A DNA stretch of 64,000 nt from Spirochaetes bacterium ADurb.Bin218 (GCA_002069965.1 MWCI01000011.1:2285-66284), one strand, 5' to 3'. Counted from the first letter of the stretch, positions 1 through 11,112 are shown. The notes: a model not told the origin generated them from the letters alone. Numbers and translations: made by a program.

Positions 1-1658
1 TAAGCCTTTTTGATGCACTTACAATTGCACCATTGCTTAGTGCCTATTTTGCAGGGACAAAAGGTAAGGCAAAGAATTTTATTGTAACTTACTTTGATAA
101 ATTACAGTTAAAACTTGAAAAGCTTTACTCAAAGACAATTCGCTTTTCCATAGATCATCCTCTTGTTATTCTTGCCATAACAACAGTTGTATTTTTTGGT
201 AGTCTGGTTGCCTGTGGTGCTGTAAAAAAGACCTTTCAGCCAGATCCTGATGAAGGTGAGTATATGCTTAATATTGAGTTGCCTCCAGGAACATCCCTTG
301 AAGGAACAAATAAAGTTGCTCAACAGATTGCTGAAAAAATTAAAACAATACCTGAACTTGATTTTATGACAATACAGGTTGGCACAGGTCAGGCTGGTTA
401 TAATAAGGCAACGCTTGGCATTTTTATGGTTCCGCGAAAAGAAAGAAAACGAAGCACCGCTGAGTTAAAAGAAGTTATCCGCAATATGATGAAGGAATTT
501 GCCTATGCCAAACCTTCAGTTGATAATTACACAAGAGTTGGCGGAGGAGGTGGAAGTAACAAACCTTATATGCTTAATATAAAAGGAGAAGATCTTGCGA
601 TTTTAAATGATTATGCCACAAGGCTTATTGAAAGGTTAAAAAAAGTTCCTGATCTCACAGAGATTAAAACAAGCATGGAACAGGGAGTTCCTGAATTGCA
701 AATAAAGATGGATGAAGCCCGTATGCTTATGGCTGGGGTCAATAACAAAACTGCAGGGACAGAGTTGCGCTATCATGTTCAGGGTGCAGTAGCAGGAAAA
801 TTCCGTGAAAAGGGAATTGAGTATGATGTCCGTGTTAGGCTAAGGGAAGATCAGCGGGATTTGCGAAAGGCCTTTTATGATACAAAGATTCCAAATATGC
901 AGGGAAGGCTTGTGCCTTTATCGGCAATTGCCACTGCAAAATCAGCAACAGGGCCATCAATGATTTTAAGACAGGACAGAGCAAGGGCTGTGCAGATATA
1001 TGCCAATCTTGCAAAAGGTGGTGCAATAGGTAGTGCCATAGATAAAACAAAGGAAATCATTGAAAAGGAACTGCCTCTGCCAGAGGGTGTTACTTATGGA
1101 TTTATAGGTCAGGCTGATAGCTATCAGGATATGATAAAAAATATAATTGTAGCTTTTATTCTTTCTTTGATTTTTATATATCTTGTTTTATCAAGTTTGT
1201 ATGAGTCTTTTATTACTCCTTTTACTATACTTCTTGCTTTACCTCCTGCTTTGTCTGGAGCATTTTTTTCTCTCTATGTTACAGGCAAGATGATGGATAT
1301 GTTTAGTATGATAGGTATTATTATGCTCCTTGGTCTGGTTACAAAAAACTCTATACTTCTTGTGGATTTTGCCCTTGAGGGAGTTAGAGCTGGACTACCA
1401 AGACGAGAGGCAATCACAAAGGCTGGGCTCATAAGGCTTAGACCAATTCTCATGACAACCTTTGCTATGATTGCAGGAACAATTCCAGTTGCAATAGGAG
1501 CTGGGGAGGCTGCAAAATATAGGACAGGTATGGGTGTGGCCATAATTGGAGGTCTTATTGTATCTACACTGATCACTCTTATTGTTGTGCCTGCTGTATT
1601 TGAGTATATAGATATATTCAGGGAAAATATCGAAAGCAAGTTTAGACCAAAGAGTTAA
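1..1658 (+). CDS. RND (AcrB-type) efflux permease, C-terminal ~550 aa; 5' end outside window
   Basis: Frame is open from base 3 with no start in the window. A large soluble loop is followed by hydrophobic helices (IFIYLVLSSLYESFITPFTILLALP, GIIMLLGLVTKNSILLVDFA) typical of the AcrB C-terminal half. Confidence 0.85.
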   Translation, partial: SLFDALTIAPLLSAYFAGTKGKAKNFIVTYFDKLQLKLEKLYSKTIRFSIDHPLVILAITTVVFFGSLVACGAVKKTFQPDPDEGEYMLNIELPPGTSLEGTNKVAQQIAEKIKTIPELDFMTIQVGTGQAGYNKATLGIFMVPRKERKRSTAELKEVIRNMMKEFAYAKPSVDNYTRVGGGGGSNKPYMLNIKGEDLAILNDYATRLIERLKKVPDLTEIKTSMEQGVPELQIKMDEARMLMAGVNNKTAGTELRYHVQGAVAGKFREKGIEYDVRVRLREDQRDLRKAFYDTKIPNMQGRLVPLSAIATAKSATGPSMILRQDRARAVQIYANLAKGGAIGSAIDKTKEIIEKELPLPEGVTYGFIGQADSYQDMIKNIIVAFILSLIFIYLVLSSLYESFITPFTILLALPPALSGAFFSLYVTGKMMDMFSMIGIIMLLGLVTKNSILLVDFALEGVRAGLPRREAITKAGLIRLRPILMTTFAMIAGTIPVAIGAGEAAKYRTGMGVAIIGGLIVSTLITLIVVPAVFEYIDIFRENIESKFRPKS

Positions 1659-1682
1659 CTATCATGAGGAGTGCAGAGATTT

Positions 1683-2549
1683 TTAGTTTTCGGAAAAATT
1701 TCTGTATCTCCTCTTTTCAAGATAGTCAATCATAATCCTGCCAGCTTTTTCGCTATGGGTATCCCTATTGCTTGAAAGCTCTATATATTGCACCTCCGGG
1801 ATTATATCTATTATTTTTTTTAGATGTTCACGGTTGTGGAGCTTATCTGTTGTTGCCCCGAATATAAGACATGGGGTAGTTATGTTAGATATTTTGTTTA
1901 TAATTGAATAGTTTTTTAAGGCAAGGGCATTTGCCTTGAGTTTGTATGGATCTGCTGTATCCAGTGTTTTGAAGTATTTTGCAATCTGCTCCTTTTCGTT
2001 TTTCTTGTCCAGCCTGAAATTTTTTAAATACCATTTGATTATAGGCTTAACAGCAAAATAAAGTGCAGGATGCACCATTGGTATTATGGTCCCAAGTATC
2101 TTTGGAAAGCGGAATTCATCATTTGGTCCAACTAATATTGCGCATTCAGGTTTGTATTTTCCAGAGGCACAGTATTCCAGGATCGCAGAGGCTCCAAGGG
2201 AACTCCCGGCAAGAACAAATTTTTTATTTTCAGGTATGATTTGTTTTATGGTCTCCTCTATGTCCTTTTTCATTCTTTTCATGGTAAAGCTTACTTTTGT
2301 CTTTGGAGGAATAACAGAGGATTTTTTTTCTCTTGATTCAACATAGAATATTCTATAATGAGGTGTCAGCTCTTTTAAGACATCCCTCCAGCCGTCAATG
2401 AGAGAGATCCAGCCAGCAATAAAAATTATAAAAGGCTTATCTGACCAATCTGATTCAGGTGTAAAGTCTATTACCTTAAGTGAAACTCCATCGGACATCT
2501 GGAGCATGTATTCTTCTACCTTGACTTTCTCCGGTAAATAGTCAGTCAT
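1683..2549 (-). CDS. alpha/beta-fold hydrolase, substrate unknown
   Basis: 288 aa with nucleophile elbow GSSLG (G-x-S-x-G) and typical length and pattern. Confidence 0.65.
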   Translation of the reverse strand: MTDYLPEKVKVEEYMLQMSDGVSLKVIDFTPESDWSDKPFIIFIAGWISLIDGWRDVLKELTPHYRIFYVESREKKSSVIPPKTKVSFTMKRMKKDIEETIKQIIPENKKFVLAGSSLGASAILEYCASGKYKPECAILVGPNDEFRFPKILGTIIPMVHPALYFAVKPIIKWYLKNFRLDKKNEKEQIAKYFKTLDTADPYKLKANALALKNYSIINKISNITTPCLIFGATTDKLHNREHLKKIIDIIPEVQYIELSSNRDTHSEKAGRIMIDYLEKRRYRNFSEN

Positions 2550-2877
2550 ATTTTATTCTCCGTTATTTGTGTCTAAAAGTGGAGCAAATGTATAAAAGAA
2601 ATTGTCGGAATAATACTCCCTGCCTTTTATTTTAAGTCAAGTATTTTGCTGAATATTGCACTTCAAACTTTAAATTACACCTCAATAAAATCTGCTTTAT
2701 AGTCATAGGGTTTTTTCTTACTTAAAATTAAGAAGAATTTTTAAGTTTAAAATTGTCAAAATCAAAAAATTTCTTATTTTTAATTAGGGGTATTATATTT
2801 TTTTAAACTCTGTATAGTTTTAAAGTGTCAAAAGATGGTGCTGTGTTGTTTTTTAGTCTTTAGCTTAGGAGGAAGTT

Positions 2878-3204
2878 ATGGCAGTGCTTATATGCAAGAG
2901 AAGCAATCATTCTCTTCTTTTATCCCTTTCTGGAGATGCAACAGTGAAGAGTATAGCAAGAATTAAAAAGGCACTTGCTAAAATTATCTATGAACCAGTT
3001 GATAGCTATAGACTTGATCTATCATCAATTGCTGAGATGGATTTTACCTTTCTTCAATTGCTCATTGCCTTTCAAAATAAGCTAAAGTCGCTAAATAAAG
3101 AGTTACTCTTGCTGAACTATTCAAGGGGCAATGAGTTTAACAAGGTGTCATCTCTATGTGGAGTTGAGGTAAGCAAACTTTTTAATTTTGAGGAAGAAGA
3201 ATAA
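2878..3204 (+). CDS. STAS-domain (anti-sigma-antagonist fold) protein coupled to cheA
   Basis: 108 aa. Segment RLDLSSIAEMDFTFLQLLIAF resembles the STAS core. Stop TAA overlaps the cheA ATG (TAATG, 3202-3206). Confidence 0.55.
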   Translation: MAVLICKRSNHSLLLSLSGDATVKSIARIKKALAKIIYEPVDSYRLDLSSIAEMDFTFLQLLIAFQNKLKSLNKELLLLNYSRGNEFNKVSSLCGVEVSKLFNFEEEE

Positions 3205-5240
3205 TGGATATAGAAGCCCTGCGAGAAGTCTTTAGAGAAGAGGCCTATGAACTACTGACTCAGGCTGAGTCCTCTCTCCTTGAGCTTGTTGAAAATCCTT
3301 CAGACAGTGAGCCTATAAATACTGTCTTTAGAGCTATGCATACTATTAAAGGTTCAGGAGGGATGTGTGGCTATACAAAGCTTTCGGATTTTACTCATGA
3401 AGTTGAAAATTTATTTGATTGTATGCGCAAGGGTAAAATTGCTCCAGATGAGGGGATAATACAATTATCACTCAGGGCTAAGGATTGTATACGCAATCTC
3501 ATTGAAGGAGATGATTCTCTTGAACAGGAGGATTTGAGAAATAAAATACTTTTAGAGATAAAATCTATTACAGGCGGTATGGTCTGCTCTGACCAAAGTG
3601 CTCACTCTTGTGAAATTCCAAAGGATTCAATAAATCTTGAGGCAATAAATTCTGAGAGTTACAAGATTGTATTTATGCCAGTGCCTTCAATTCTCTCTCA
3701 TGGAGTAAAAATTGAGCCTTTATTGATGGAGGTCTCATCTTTGGGTGAGGCTACTGTAAAATGTGATATCTCTTCTATCCCGGATTTTGATTCTCTTGAT
3801 CCAGAGGAGTGCTATTTCAATTGGGTGATTCATCTTGAAACGTCAAGGGACCTTATGGAGATAAAGGATATTTTCATGTTTACAGAGGATTATGCTGAGG
3901 TGGTAATAAGATATAAAGAGGGATTTTTGTTAAATAATACTTTTTTTAAGAGTGAAGAAAAGGGAACTGTAATTGAAAAGAAGATCCCTTCAGTTCTTAA
4001 TCTTCTGGAAGAAAAAACAAAGAAGGCTGATAAAATAATCTTTGATAGAAGAAAGGCTGACACAACCTCAATAAGGGTGAAAAATGAAAAGCTTGATTCA
4101 TTAGTTAATCTGGTTGGGGAGCTTGTTACTCTACAGGCAAGATTTTCTCAAGAGGCTAACTTTGCCAGAATACCTGAGTTTATATCTCTGGCAGAGAATC
4201 TTGAAAAACTTACTGAAGATCTGCGGGACACAACAATGAGTATAAGGATGGTTCCCATATCAGAGACTTTTAACAGCTTTAATAGACTGATTTATGATCT
4301 CTCTAACTCTCTCGGGAAAAAGATAAAGCTTGTAACTTACGGTGGTGAGACTGAACTGGATAAGAATGTCATTGAGGCTCTTCGAGATCCTCTATTGCAT
4401 ATTATAAGGAACTCCTGTGACCATGGAATTGAGAGCCCTGATATTCGCCTAAGCAAGGGGAAGGATGAGACCGGCATTATTGAGCTTGTGGCAGAGCACT
4501 CTGGATCAAATGTTGTGATCAAAATATCTGACGATGGAGCTGGGCTTGACAGAGAAAAAATATTGGCTCGAGCAATTGAAAGAGGCTTATTACAGCCAGG
4601 AGAATACGACGATAGGGTGATATATTCTATGATCTTTGAACCTGGCTTTTCTACCGCAGAGATAGTTACAGATATTTCTGGCAGAGGCGTTGGCATGGAT
4701 GTTGTGAAGAAGAATATTGAAAAGCTCCGAGGAACTATTTCTGTGGAAAGCAGAGAAAACAGGGGAACTATGATCACTCTTACAATTCCTCTCACACTGG
4801 CTATAATCGATGGCTTTATGGTTGAGCTTGCAGGTAGCCCCTATATTTTTAATCTTTCTCATGTCCGTGAATGTCTGGATTTTTCTGATGATGTTGAAAG
4901 GGATGAGAAATCTCAATTTATGATAAACCTGCGTGGTGAGATTGTCCCCTGTATAGATTTAAGAGGAATATTTGGATGTAATGATAAAGAGGTTGCTTAT
5001 CCTCAAATAGTCATCTCTGAGATTGCAGATGAAAAGTATGGCTTTCTGGTAGATAAGGTCATTGGTAAATACCAGACTGTTGTAAAGCCACTGGGCAGGG
5101 TAAGTAGAAATCTTAATATGATAGCAGGTGCTACTATTCTTGGTGATGGGACTGTTGCTCTTATTCTTGATGCTCAGTCCATAATAAAAGAGATGAGTGG
5201 ATCTGCTAACGACTACATGTCAGATTATATAAGACATTAA
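3204..5240 (+). CDS. cheA: chemotaxis histidine kinase CheA
   Basis: Hpt motif HTIKGSGG, N-box HIIRNSCDHGIE, G1 DDGAGLD, G2 GRGVGMDVV, C-terminal CheW-like domain. Confidence 0.95.
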   Translation: MDIEALREVFREEAYELLTQAESSLLELVENPSDSEPINTVFRAMHTIKGSGGMCGYTKLSDFTHEVENLFDCMRKGKIAPDEGIIQLSLRAKDCIRNLIEGDDSLEQEDLRNKILLEIKSITGGMVCSDQSAHSCEIPKDSINLEAINSESYKIVFMPVPSILSHGVKIEPLLMEVSSLGEATVKCDISSIPDFDSLDPEECYFNWVIHLETSRDLMEIKDIFMFTEDYAEVVIRYKEGFLLNNTFFKSEEKGTVIEKKIPSVLNLLEEKTKKADKIIFDRRKADTTSIRVKNEKLDSLVNLVGELVTLQARFSQEANFARIPEFISLAENLEKLTEDLRDTTMSIRMVPISETFNSFNRLIYDLSNSLGKKIKLVTYGGETELDKNVIEALRDPLLHIIRNSCDHGIESPDIRLSKGKDETGIIELVAEHSGSNVVIKISDDGAGLDREKILARAIERGLLQPGEYDDRVIYSMIFEPGFSTAEIVTDISGRGVGMDVVKKNIEKLRGTISVESRENRGTMITLTIPLTLAIIDGFMVELAGSPYIFNLSHVRECLDFSDDVERDEKSQFMINLRGEIVPCIDLRGIFGCNDKEVAYPQIVISEIADEKYGFLVDKVIGKYQTVVKPLGRVSRNLNMIAGATILGDGTVALILDAQSIIKEMSGSANDYMSDYIRH

Positions 5241-5264
5241 ATTTTTAAAAAGAGAGGTATTATT

Positions 5265-6854
5265 ATGAGTCTTGGACTTAGAGGAAAACTGTTGATGACC
5301 TTTGGTGCTGTGACATTCATAACGCTTTTTATTGGGATTGTGGGTGTTTTCAGTGTATCGCGACTTGATAACATGTTAAACATTCTTTTTGAACGTGATA
5401 TGAAGGGAATAGAAATTGCCCAAAAGCTTGATGCTACAGGGCTGCGCTTAAGAGCATCTATATTAAAGCACATAACTGTCCCTACTCTGGAGGAAAAGCT
5501 TGGGCATGAAAAGGATATAGAGAAGCATCATGCTAATTATTTAAAGATCCTTGAGGAGTTTAAAGCAAATGCAAGTACTCAAAGGGAAAAGGAACTTGCT
5601 GGAATAATAGTAGAAAATATTGCAGAGTATATGAAAAACGTAAATAAAGTATTACCCCTATCTAGGGAGAATAGGATGAAAGAGGTAAATGAGATAGTTA
5701 CAGGAACTGCATATATTTTTACAGATCGAATTACACCAGCTGTAAATGAGATCGTCAAGGCAAAGGAAGATCTTGCAAATGCCTCAAAAGCGGAGAGTGC
5801 GGCTTTGAGCAGATGGATCAATATTATAATGTTTTCATCAATAGCAGTTGCTATAGTAATTTCCATTATTCTGGCTCTTAGCCTTACGCGCTCAATTTTA
5901 AACATTTTAAATTCCATAGAGGTCTCTTCAAGCAATGTAAGTGCAGGCAGTCAGCAGATCTCTTCTTCTTCAGAGGAATTATCCCAGGGGGCCAATGAGC
6001 AGGCTGCGAGCGTTGAAGAGGTCTCTTCTGCAATTGAAGAAATGACTGCTACTATAAAGCAAAATGCAGACAATGCCTCAGAGACAGAAAAGATTGCTAC
6101 AAAGAGCGCCAATGATGCCCGTGAAAGTGGAGAGGCTGTGCGCCATACTGTTCAGGCTATGAAAAATATTGCAGAGAAAATTTCTATTATACAGGAAATT
6201 GCACGTCAGACAAATCTTCTATCTCTTAATGCGTCAATTGAAGCAGCACGAGCTGGTGAGCATGGACGTGGATTTGCAGTTGTTGCAAGTGAGGTCCAAA
6301 AACTTGCAGAAAGAAGCCAGATTGCTGCAGCAGAAATAAGTGAGCTTTCAAATACAAGTGTGAGTATAGCAGAAAAAGCTGGTGAGATGTTGCAGAGATT
6401 AGTTCCGGATATTCAAAAGACTGCAGAGCTTGTTGCAGAGATCAACGCTGCAAGTGGGGAACAGTCCAATGGAGCACAGCAGATAAATATAGCGATCCAG
6501 CAACTGAATACTGTTGTGCAGCAGAATGCATCCAGTGCCGAGGAGTTAGCTGCAACAGCTGAGGAATTGGCTGCCCAGACTGTTCACATGCAGGAGGCAA
6601 TCAATTTACTCAAGACAGGTAAAAGGGTAGCTCTCTCAGAAACTGTTGAAAGCTATGGAAGACTTTACCATACTAAAGAAAGAGCAATGCCTCACCTGGA
6701 TCTTCACCATAAAGATAATATGGTTGCAGCAGGGAAAGGTAATGGGAATGGAAAAAATGGCAATGGGAAGCATCTTGATGCAGGAGTGCTTAAGTCAGGG
6801 GTGGTCTTAAGTTTAGGAGATGCAGAGGATGCTGATTTTGAAAGGATGACTTAA
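5265..6854 (+). CDS. methyl-accepting chemotaxis protein
   Basis: Two TM segments flank a ~150-aa helical sensor region. Conserved hairpin tip [26 protein letters not shown]. Confidence 0.95.
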   Translation: MSLGLRGKLLMTFGAVTFITLFIGIVGVFSVSRLDNMLNILFERDMKGIEIAQKLDATGLRLRASILKHITVPTLEEKLGHEKDIEKHHANYLKILEEFKANASTQREKELAGIIVENIAEYMKNVNKVLPLSRENRMKEVNEIVTGTAYIFTDRITPAVNEIVKAKEDLANASKAESAALSRWINIIMFSSIAVAIVISIILALSLTRSILNILNSIEVSSSNVSAGSQQISSSSEELSQGANEQAASVEEVSSAIEEMTATIKQNADNASETEKIATKSANDARESGEAVRHTVQAMKNIAEKISIIQEIARQTNLLSLNASIEAARAGEHGRGFAVVASEVQKLAERSQIAAAEISELSNTSVSIAEKAGEMLQRLVPDIQKTAELVAEINAASGEQSNGAQQINIAIQQLNTVVQQNASSAEELAATAEELAAQTVHMQEAINLLKTGKRVALSETVESYGRLYHTKERAMPHLDLHHKDNMVAAGKGNGNGKNGNGKHLDAGVLKSGVVLSLGDAEDADFERMT

Positions 6855-6866
6855 TGGAGGTCAAAT

Positions 6867-7397
6867 ATGCTGGAGGAATATAATCAAGACAGTGCTCAGT
6901 ATCTTTCATTTTATCTTGCAGGTAAACTCTTTGCCTTTGATGTTTTAAAGACAAGAGAGGTTTTGCAATATACAAATATAACACCTATACCATGCACACC
7001 TCCTTATGTTGTTGGAGTGTTAAATCTTCGTGGCAATGTTGTAACTGTTATGGATCTTCGAGTGAAGTTTGGACTTGGAGATGTTTCCATAACAGACGAT
7101 ACTGCAATTATAATTGTAGAGGTAAATTACGAGGATGAGATAACAGTTGTTGGAGCCCTTGTGGATGGAGTTAAAGGTGTTATGAGATTTGAAAAGGATC
7201 AGATTGAGCCTCCTCCAAAAATTGGGATGAAGCTCAGTGCTGATCTGATTAATGGCATAGGAAAATTAGATGGGAATTTTGTAGTTATGCTAAATGTTGA
7301 TAGAGTTTTTTCAGAAGAGGATCTCTCTTTTGCAAAAGAAACTCTGATTTCCCATGGAGAGGTATTTTTAGATTCTGCCAGTGAAACAGTTGCGTAA
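6867..7397 (+). CDS. cheW: chemotaxis coupling protein CheW
   Basis: 176 aa with CheW-like pattern (YLSFYLAGKLFAFDVLKTREV...VVGVLNLRGNVVTVMDLR). Confidence 0.9.
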   Translation: MLEEYNQDSAQYLSFYLAGKLFAFDVLKTREVLQYTNITPIPCTPPYVVGVLNLRGNVVTVMDLRVKFGLGDVSITDDTAIIIVEVNYEDEITVVGALVDGVKGVMRFEKDQIEPPPKIGMKLSADLINGIGKLDGNFVVMLNVDRVFSEEDLSFAKETLISHGEVFLDSASETVA

Positions 7398-7403
7398 GGG
7401 GAT

Positions 7404-8285
7404 ATGAATTTTTCAGCTATAAAAAGAGAAGAGATACCAGGAGAAATCCCAGAAATTCAGATGTCTGAAGCGGAGAGAGCACAGATAAGTTCTTTTATTG
7501 AGAGTGAATTCGGGATTAAAATGCCTGCAATCAAAAAGGTCCTATTAACAGGAAGGCTTGCAAAGAGATTGAGGGCACTTGGTTTTTCCAGTTATGGTGA
7601 TTACTATAGATTCATTCGATCTGATAAAGGCGCTGCAGAGCTTTTTATTTTTGCAGATTTGATTTCTACTCACGAAACATCATTTTTCAGGGAAGAGCAG
7701 CATTTTGCTTATCTCTATTCGGAAATTTTACCACGCCTTGCAGAATCCACAGGGGCAGGGGTAAAAAGAGCTATAAGAATTTTAAGCGCAGCCTGTTCTA
7801 CAGGGGAAGAGGTCTATTCAATTGCCATGACTATAGAGGAGTTCAAGAGAAAGGTTATATCCAATTATATGTATAACATAACAGGTTCTGATATATCTAT
7901 TAAAGTAATAGAGAGTGCAAAACGTGCTGTTTATTCTAATTCGAGATTAAAAAATGTCTCTGGTGAATATCAGCGAAGATATTTTATGAAAGGAAAAAAT
8001 GATAAGAAGGAATTGGTGCGTATTGTTCCTGAGATCAGGATAAACACCAATTTTATGGTCCTAAATCTTATGGATGATTACTATCCTTTTACAGAAAAAT
8101 TTGATGTAATATTTTGCAGAAATGCTCTTATATATTTTGACCGTGAAAATCAGATTAATGTTATAAGAAAGCTCTGCAATCATCTTATGAAAAACGGGTT
8201 TTTACTCATTGGTCATTCAGAGACAATGACAGGTTACAATCTTCCATTGAGGTGTGTTGAACCTACAATTTACAGGGGGATTTAA
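7404..8285 (+). CDS. cheR: chemotaxis protein methyltransferase CheR
   Basis: ETSFFRE and SAACSTGEEVYSIAM SAM-methyltransferase motifs; sits in the che operon. Confidence 0.9.
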   Translation: MNFSAIKREEIPGEIPEIQMSEAERAQISSFIESEFGIKMPAIKKVLLTGRLAKRLRALGFSSYGDYYRFIRSDKGAAELFIFADLISTHETSFFREEQHFAYLYSEILPRLAESTGAGVKRAIRILSAACSTGEEVYSIAMTIEEFKRKVISNYMYNITGSDISIKVIESAKRAVYSNSRLKNVSGEYQRRYFMKGKNDKKELVRIVPEIRINTNFMVLNLMDDYYPFTEKFDVIFCRNALIYFDRENQINVIRKLCNHLMKNGFLLIGHSETMTGYNLPLRCVEPTIYRGI

Positions 8286-8786
8286 ATGAGTAAATTAAAG
8301 ACAGATGTTGATTATTTTTTTCTTAATCCAGGCTCTATTGTCATTACAGGAAACAAAATTCCAGTGATGACAATTCTTGGTTCCTGCATAGCTCTTGTTG
8401 CCTTTTCATCAAAGCACAAAGTTGGTTGCATGTTCCATGCTCTGCTGCCAGAGCATGTAGAAAAAATAAAAATAATTAAAAATGCCCCTCCGGTTTCTCC
8501 CAATGCTGATTACGTTGATTATGCTTTTTATTATGTTCGAGAAAGGCTCAGACAGAAGGGAATAGAACTTGGAGAAATGAAGATTATGCTTTTTGGAGGA
8601 GGAGACGTCCTTGTGCCTCTATGCTACAATGGCCAGACAGTTGGTAGTAAAAATATTGAAAAAATAAAAGAGATAATAAATAGGGAAAAGCTAAAAATTT
8701 ATGGAGAGGACACTGGAGGCAAAAAGGGAAGAAAAATTATTTTTTACCCTGATAGTGGAAAGATCTATTTTGAATATATAGCGTAA
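8286..8786 (+). CDS. cheD: chemoreceptor glutamine deamidase CheD
   Basis: 166 aa with LGSCIA (Cys) and FHALLP (His) CheD-like motifs. ATG directly follows the cheR stop. Confidence 0.8.
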   Translation: MSKLKTDVDYFFLNPGSIVITGNKIPVMTILGSCIALVAFSSKHKVGCMFHALLPEHVEKIKIIKNAPPVSPNADYVDYAFYYVRERLRQKGIELGEMKIMLFGGGDVLVPLCYNGQTVGSKNIEKIKEIINREKLKIYGEDTGGKKGRKIIFYPDSGKIYFEYIA

Positions 8787-8804
8787 TTTTTGTGGAGGTG
8801 TTTT

Positions 8805-9869
8805 TTGAGAAAAATAGGGGTGCTGGTAGTTGATGATTCTGCTCTAATTCGCCAGACCATCAGCACACTTTTGTCTGAAGAAGAGGATATTGAAATAATA
8901 GGAACAGCCTCCAACCCCTTTAAAGCTGCAGAGATAATAGCTCATAGAATTCCTGATGTTATCATACTGGATATTGAAATGCCAGGTATGGATGGTCTCA
9001 CATTTTTGCAAAAGATCATGTCGCAGCACCCATTACCTGTTATCATATGTTCAAGTCTCACGGGCGATGGCAGTGATACAGCTATGAAGGCTCTTGCTTA
9101 TGGTGCAATTGATATAATAACAAAACCGAAAGTTGGGACAAAGCAATTTTTGTATGAGTCAAAGGTAAGGCTCATTGATTCAATTAAGGCAGCTGCATCA
9201 GCTCAGCATAAACTTAAAAAATTTTTGACCTTAGAGGCAGAGCCTAAATATAGTGCAGATGTAGTTATACCAAAAAAGAAAACGGTTCTCACAGAAACAA
9301 CAGACAAGGTGATTGTGATAGGAGCTTCAACTGGTGGAACAGAAGCCTTGAAGGATATATTGATTGAATTGCCACCGGATATTGCAGGACTTGTTATAGT
9401 TCAACACATGCCAGAAAATTTTACCAGAGCCTTTGCAGAGAGGCTTAATAGTCTATGCAGTATAAGTGTTCGAGAGGCAAAGAATGGTGATTCTGTTTTG
9501 CGTGGCCTTGCATTAATTGCTCCTGGGAATAAACATACTCTTTTGAGAAGAAGCGGAGCCAATTATTATGTTGAGGTTAAAGATGGGCCTTTAGTTACAA
9601 GGCACAGGCCTTCTGTTGATGTCTTATTTCGTTCAACTGCACATGCAGCAGGAAAGAACGCCCTTGGCGTGATTATGACAGGTATGGGGGATGATGGAGC
9701 AAAGGGTATGTTAGAGATGAAAGAGGCTGGAGCCTTTAATATTGCTCAAGACGAGGAAACATGTGTTGTTTTTGGAATGCCCAATGAGGCAATAAAGCTC
9801 AATGCAGTTGATCTTGTCCTACCTTTATGGCAGATTCCTCAGGTTTTGTATAAGATGTCAAAGAGTTGA
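8805..9869 (+). CDS. cheB: protein-glutamate methylesterase CheB (REC + esterase)
   Basis: REC N-terminus (VLVVDDS...DIEMPGMDG); esterase motifs GASTGG and GMGDDGA. GGAGG (8794-8798) lies 6 nt before TTG 8805, so the track start 8790 is probably too early. Confidence 0.9.
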   Translation: MRKIGVLVVDDSALIRQTISTLLSEEEDIEIIGTASNPFKAAEIIAHRIPDVIILDIEMPGMDGLTFLQKIMSQHPLPVIICSSLTGDGSDTAMKALAYGAIDIITKPKVGTKQFLYESKVRLIDSIKAAASAQHKLKKFLTLEAEPKYSADVVIPKKKTVLTETTDKVIVIGASTGGTEALKDILIELPPDIAGLVIVQHMPENFTRAFAERLNSLCSISVREAKNGDSVLRGLALIAPGNKHTLLRRSGANYYVEVKDGPLVTRHRPSVDVLFRSTAHAAGKNALGVIMTGMGDDGAKGMLEMKEAGAFNIAQDEETCVVFGMPNEAIKLNAVDLVLPLWQIPQVLYKMSKS

Positions 9870-9944
9870 CAAAGAATGTAAAAAAGCTTTTTTATCCTAA
9901 GAGCTTATCATTGATTAAAACATCATCTTTGGAGAGTAATAGAG

Positions 9945-10562
9945 ATGGCAAAAATAACATGGAAGCCTGGGACAATGATCTATCCTGTTCCTGCTGTTAT
10001 GGTAAGTTGCGGCAGAGAGGGAATTGGTTTTAATATAATAACAGTTTCATGGACTGGGACTATTTGCACAAATCCTCCAATGACATATATTTCACTCAGA
10101 AGGGACAGATTCTCTTATGATATTATAAAGGACTGTGGAGATTTTGTCATAAATCTTTCTACAGAGGCTCTTGCCTTTGCAACTGATTTTTGTGGGGTTC
10201 GATCCGGGCGGGAAGTGGATAAGTTTGCTCATCTTGGTCTTATGCCAGGGAGATCTTCAAAGGTTAATGCTCCTCTTATTTTAGAATCCCCTGTTAATAT
10301 TGAGTGTATTGTTAAGGAAATTGTTCCCTTAGGTTCCCATGATATGTTTATCTCAGAGGTTGTTGCAGTTAATGTGGATGATCAATATATTGATTCCAAT
10401 GGAAAATTTTCTCTGGAGAGGGCAAAGCCTATTTGTTATAATCATGGCGCTTATTTTTCCCTTGGAAAGAATCTTGGACATTTTGGTTTTTCTGTAATAA
10501 AGGAAAAAACTAAAAAGAGAAAGGAAAGAGAAAAAATTTTGTATAAAAAGCATAAGAGCTAA
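9945..10562 (+). CDS. flavin reductase-like (flavoredoxin family) protein
   Basis: N-terminal pattern PVPAVMVSCG...NIITVSWTG typical of flavin-reductase-like FMN-binding domains. Confidence 0.65.
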   Translation: MAKITWKPGTMIYPVPAVMVSCGREGIGFNIITVSWTGTICTNPPMTYISLRRDRFSYDIIKDCGDFVINLSTEALAFATDFCGVRSGREVDKFAHLGLMPGRSSKVNAPLILESPVNIECIVKEIVPLGSHDMFISEVVAVNVDDQYIDSNGKFSLERAKPICYNHGAYFSLGKNLGHFGFSVIKEKTKKRKEREKILYKKHKS

Positions 10563-10567
10563 AGGTT

Positions 10568-10933
10568 TTATAGAGACTCCCCTAAGTCTGAGGATTCAAA
10601 TTCTTTCATTATTTTTTCTTCATCCATCTTATTGAAGGCAACTATATTTTTAAGATGTATGTATGAGTCAATGTCCATTTGAGTAAATTGGACAGCAATG
10701 CAGTGCTTCCCTTTTCTTATAACCTTGCAGATCATATTAAGGGATAGTTCTGATGTTGCACCGGATAGATATATAGAGGCTTGAGCCTCAGCTCCTTCTG
10801 GTATTGGATCGCATGTATTTATAAGCATGCCACTCATACTTAAGTTTTCCACATTGCCATTTACTATATGACCATTAAAATCAAGAGAGGCACTTACATT
10901 GAAAATAACCCTTGTGTGTATTCTATCTTCCAT
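10568..10933 (-). CDS. single-domain PilZ (c-di-GMP receptor) protein
   Basis: Both canonical motifs are present: RIHTR (RxxxR) and NLSMSG (N-x-S-x-x-G), about 25 aa apart. Confidence 0.8.
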   Translation of the reverse strand: MEDRIHTRVIFNVSASLDFNGHIVNGNVENLSMSGMLINTCDPIPEGAEAQASIYLSGATSELSLNMICKVIRKGKHCIAVQFTQMDIDSYIHLKNIVAFNKMDEEKIMKEFESSDLGESL

Positions 10934-11112
10934 AAAACACCAGCCTTGAAAATTATGTAGGCAAAAACTTTTTACATCTTATTTAAGATAAAATTATAAT
11001 ATCTATTTGATTTTTCAAATTTTTTGTCGGAATTTTTATCTGACAATTTTTCTATTTTATATAAAAAAATGGCCAAAGAGAAGAAGTTTTTATCAAAGCA
11101 ATATTTTTAAAC

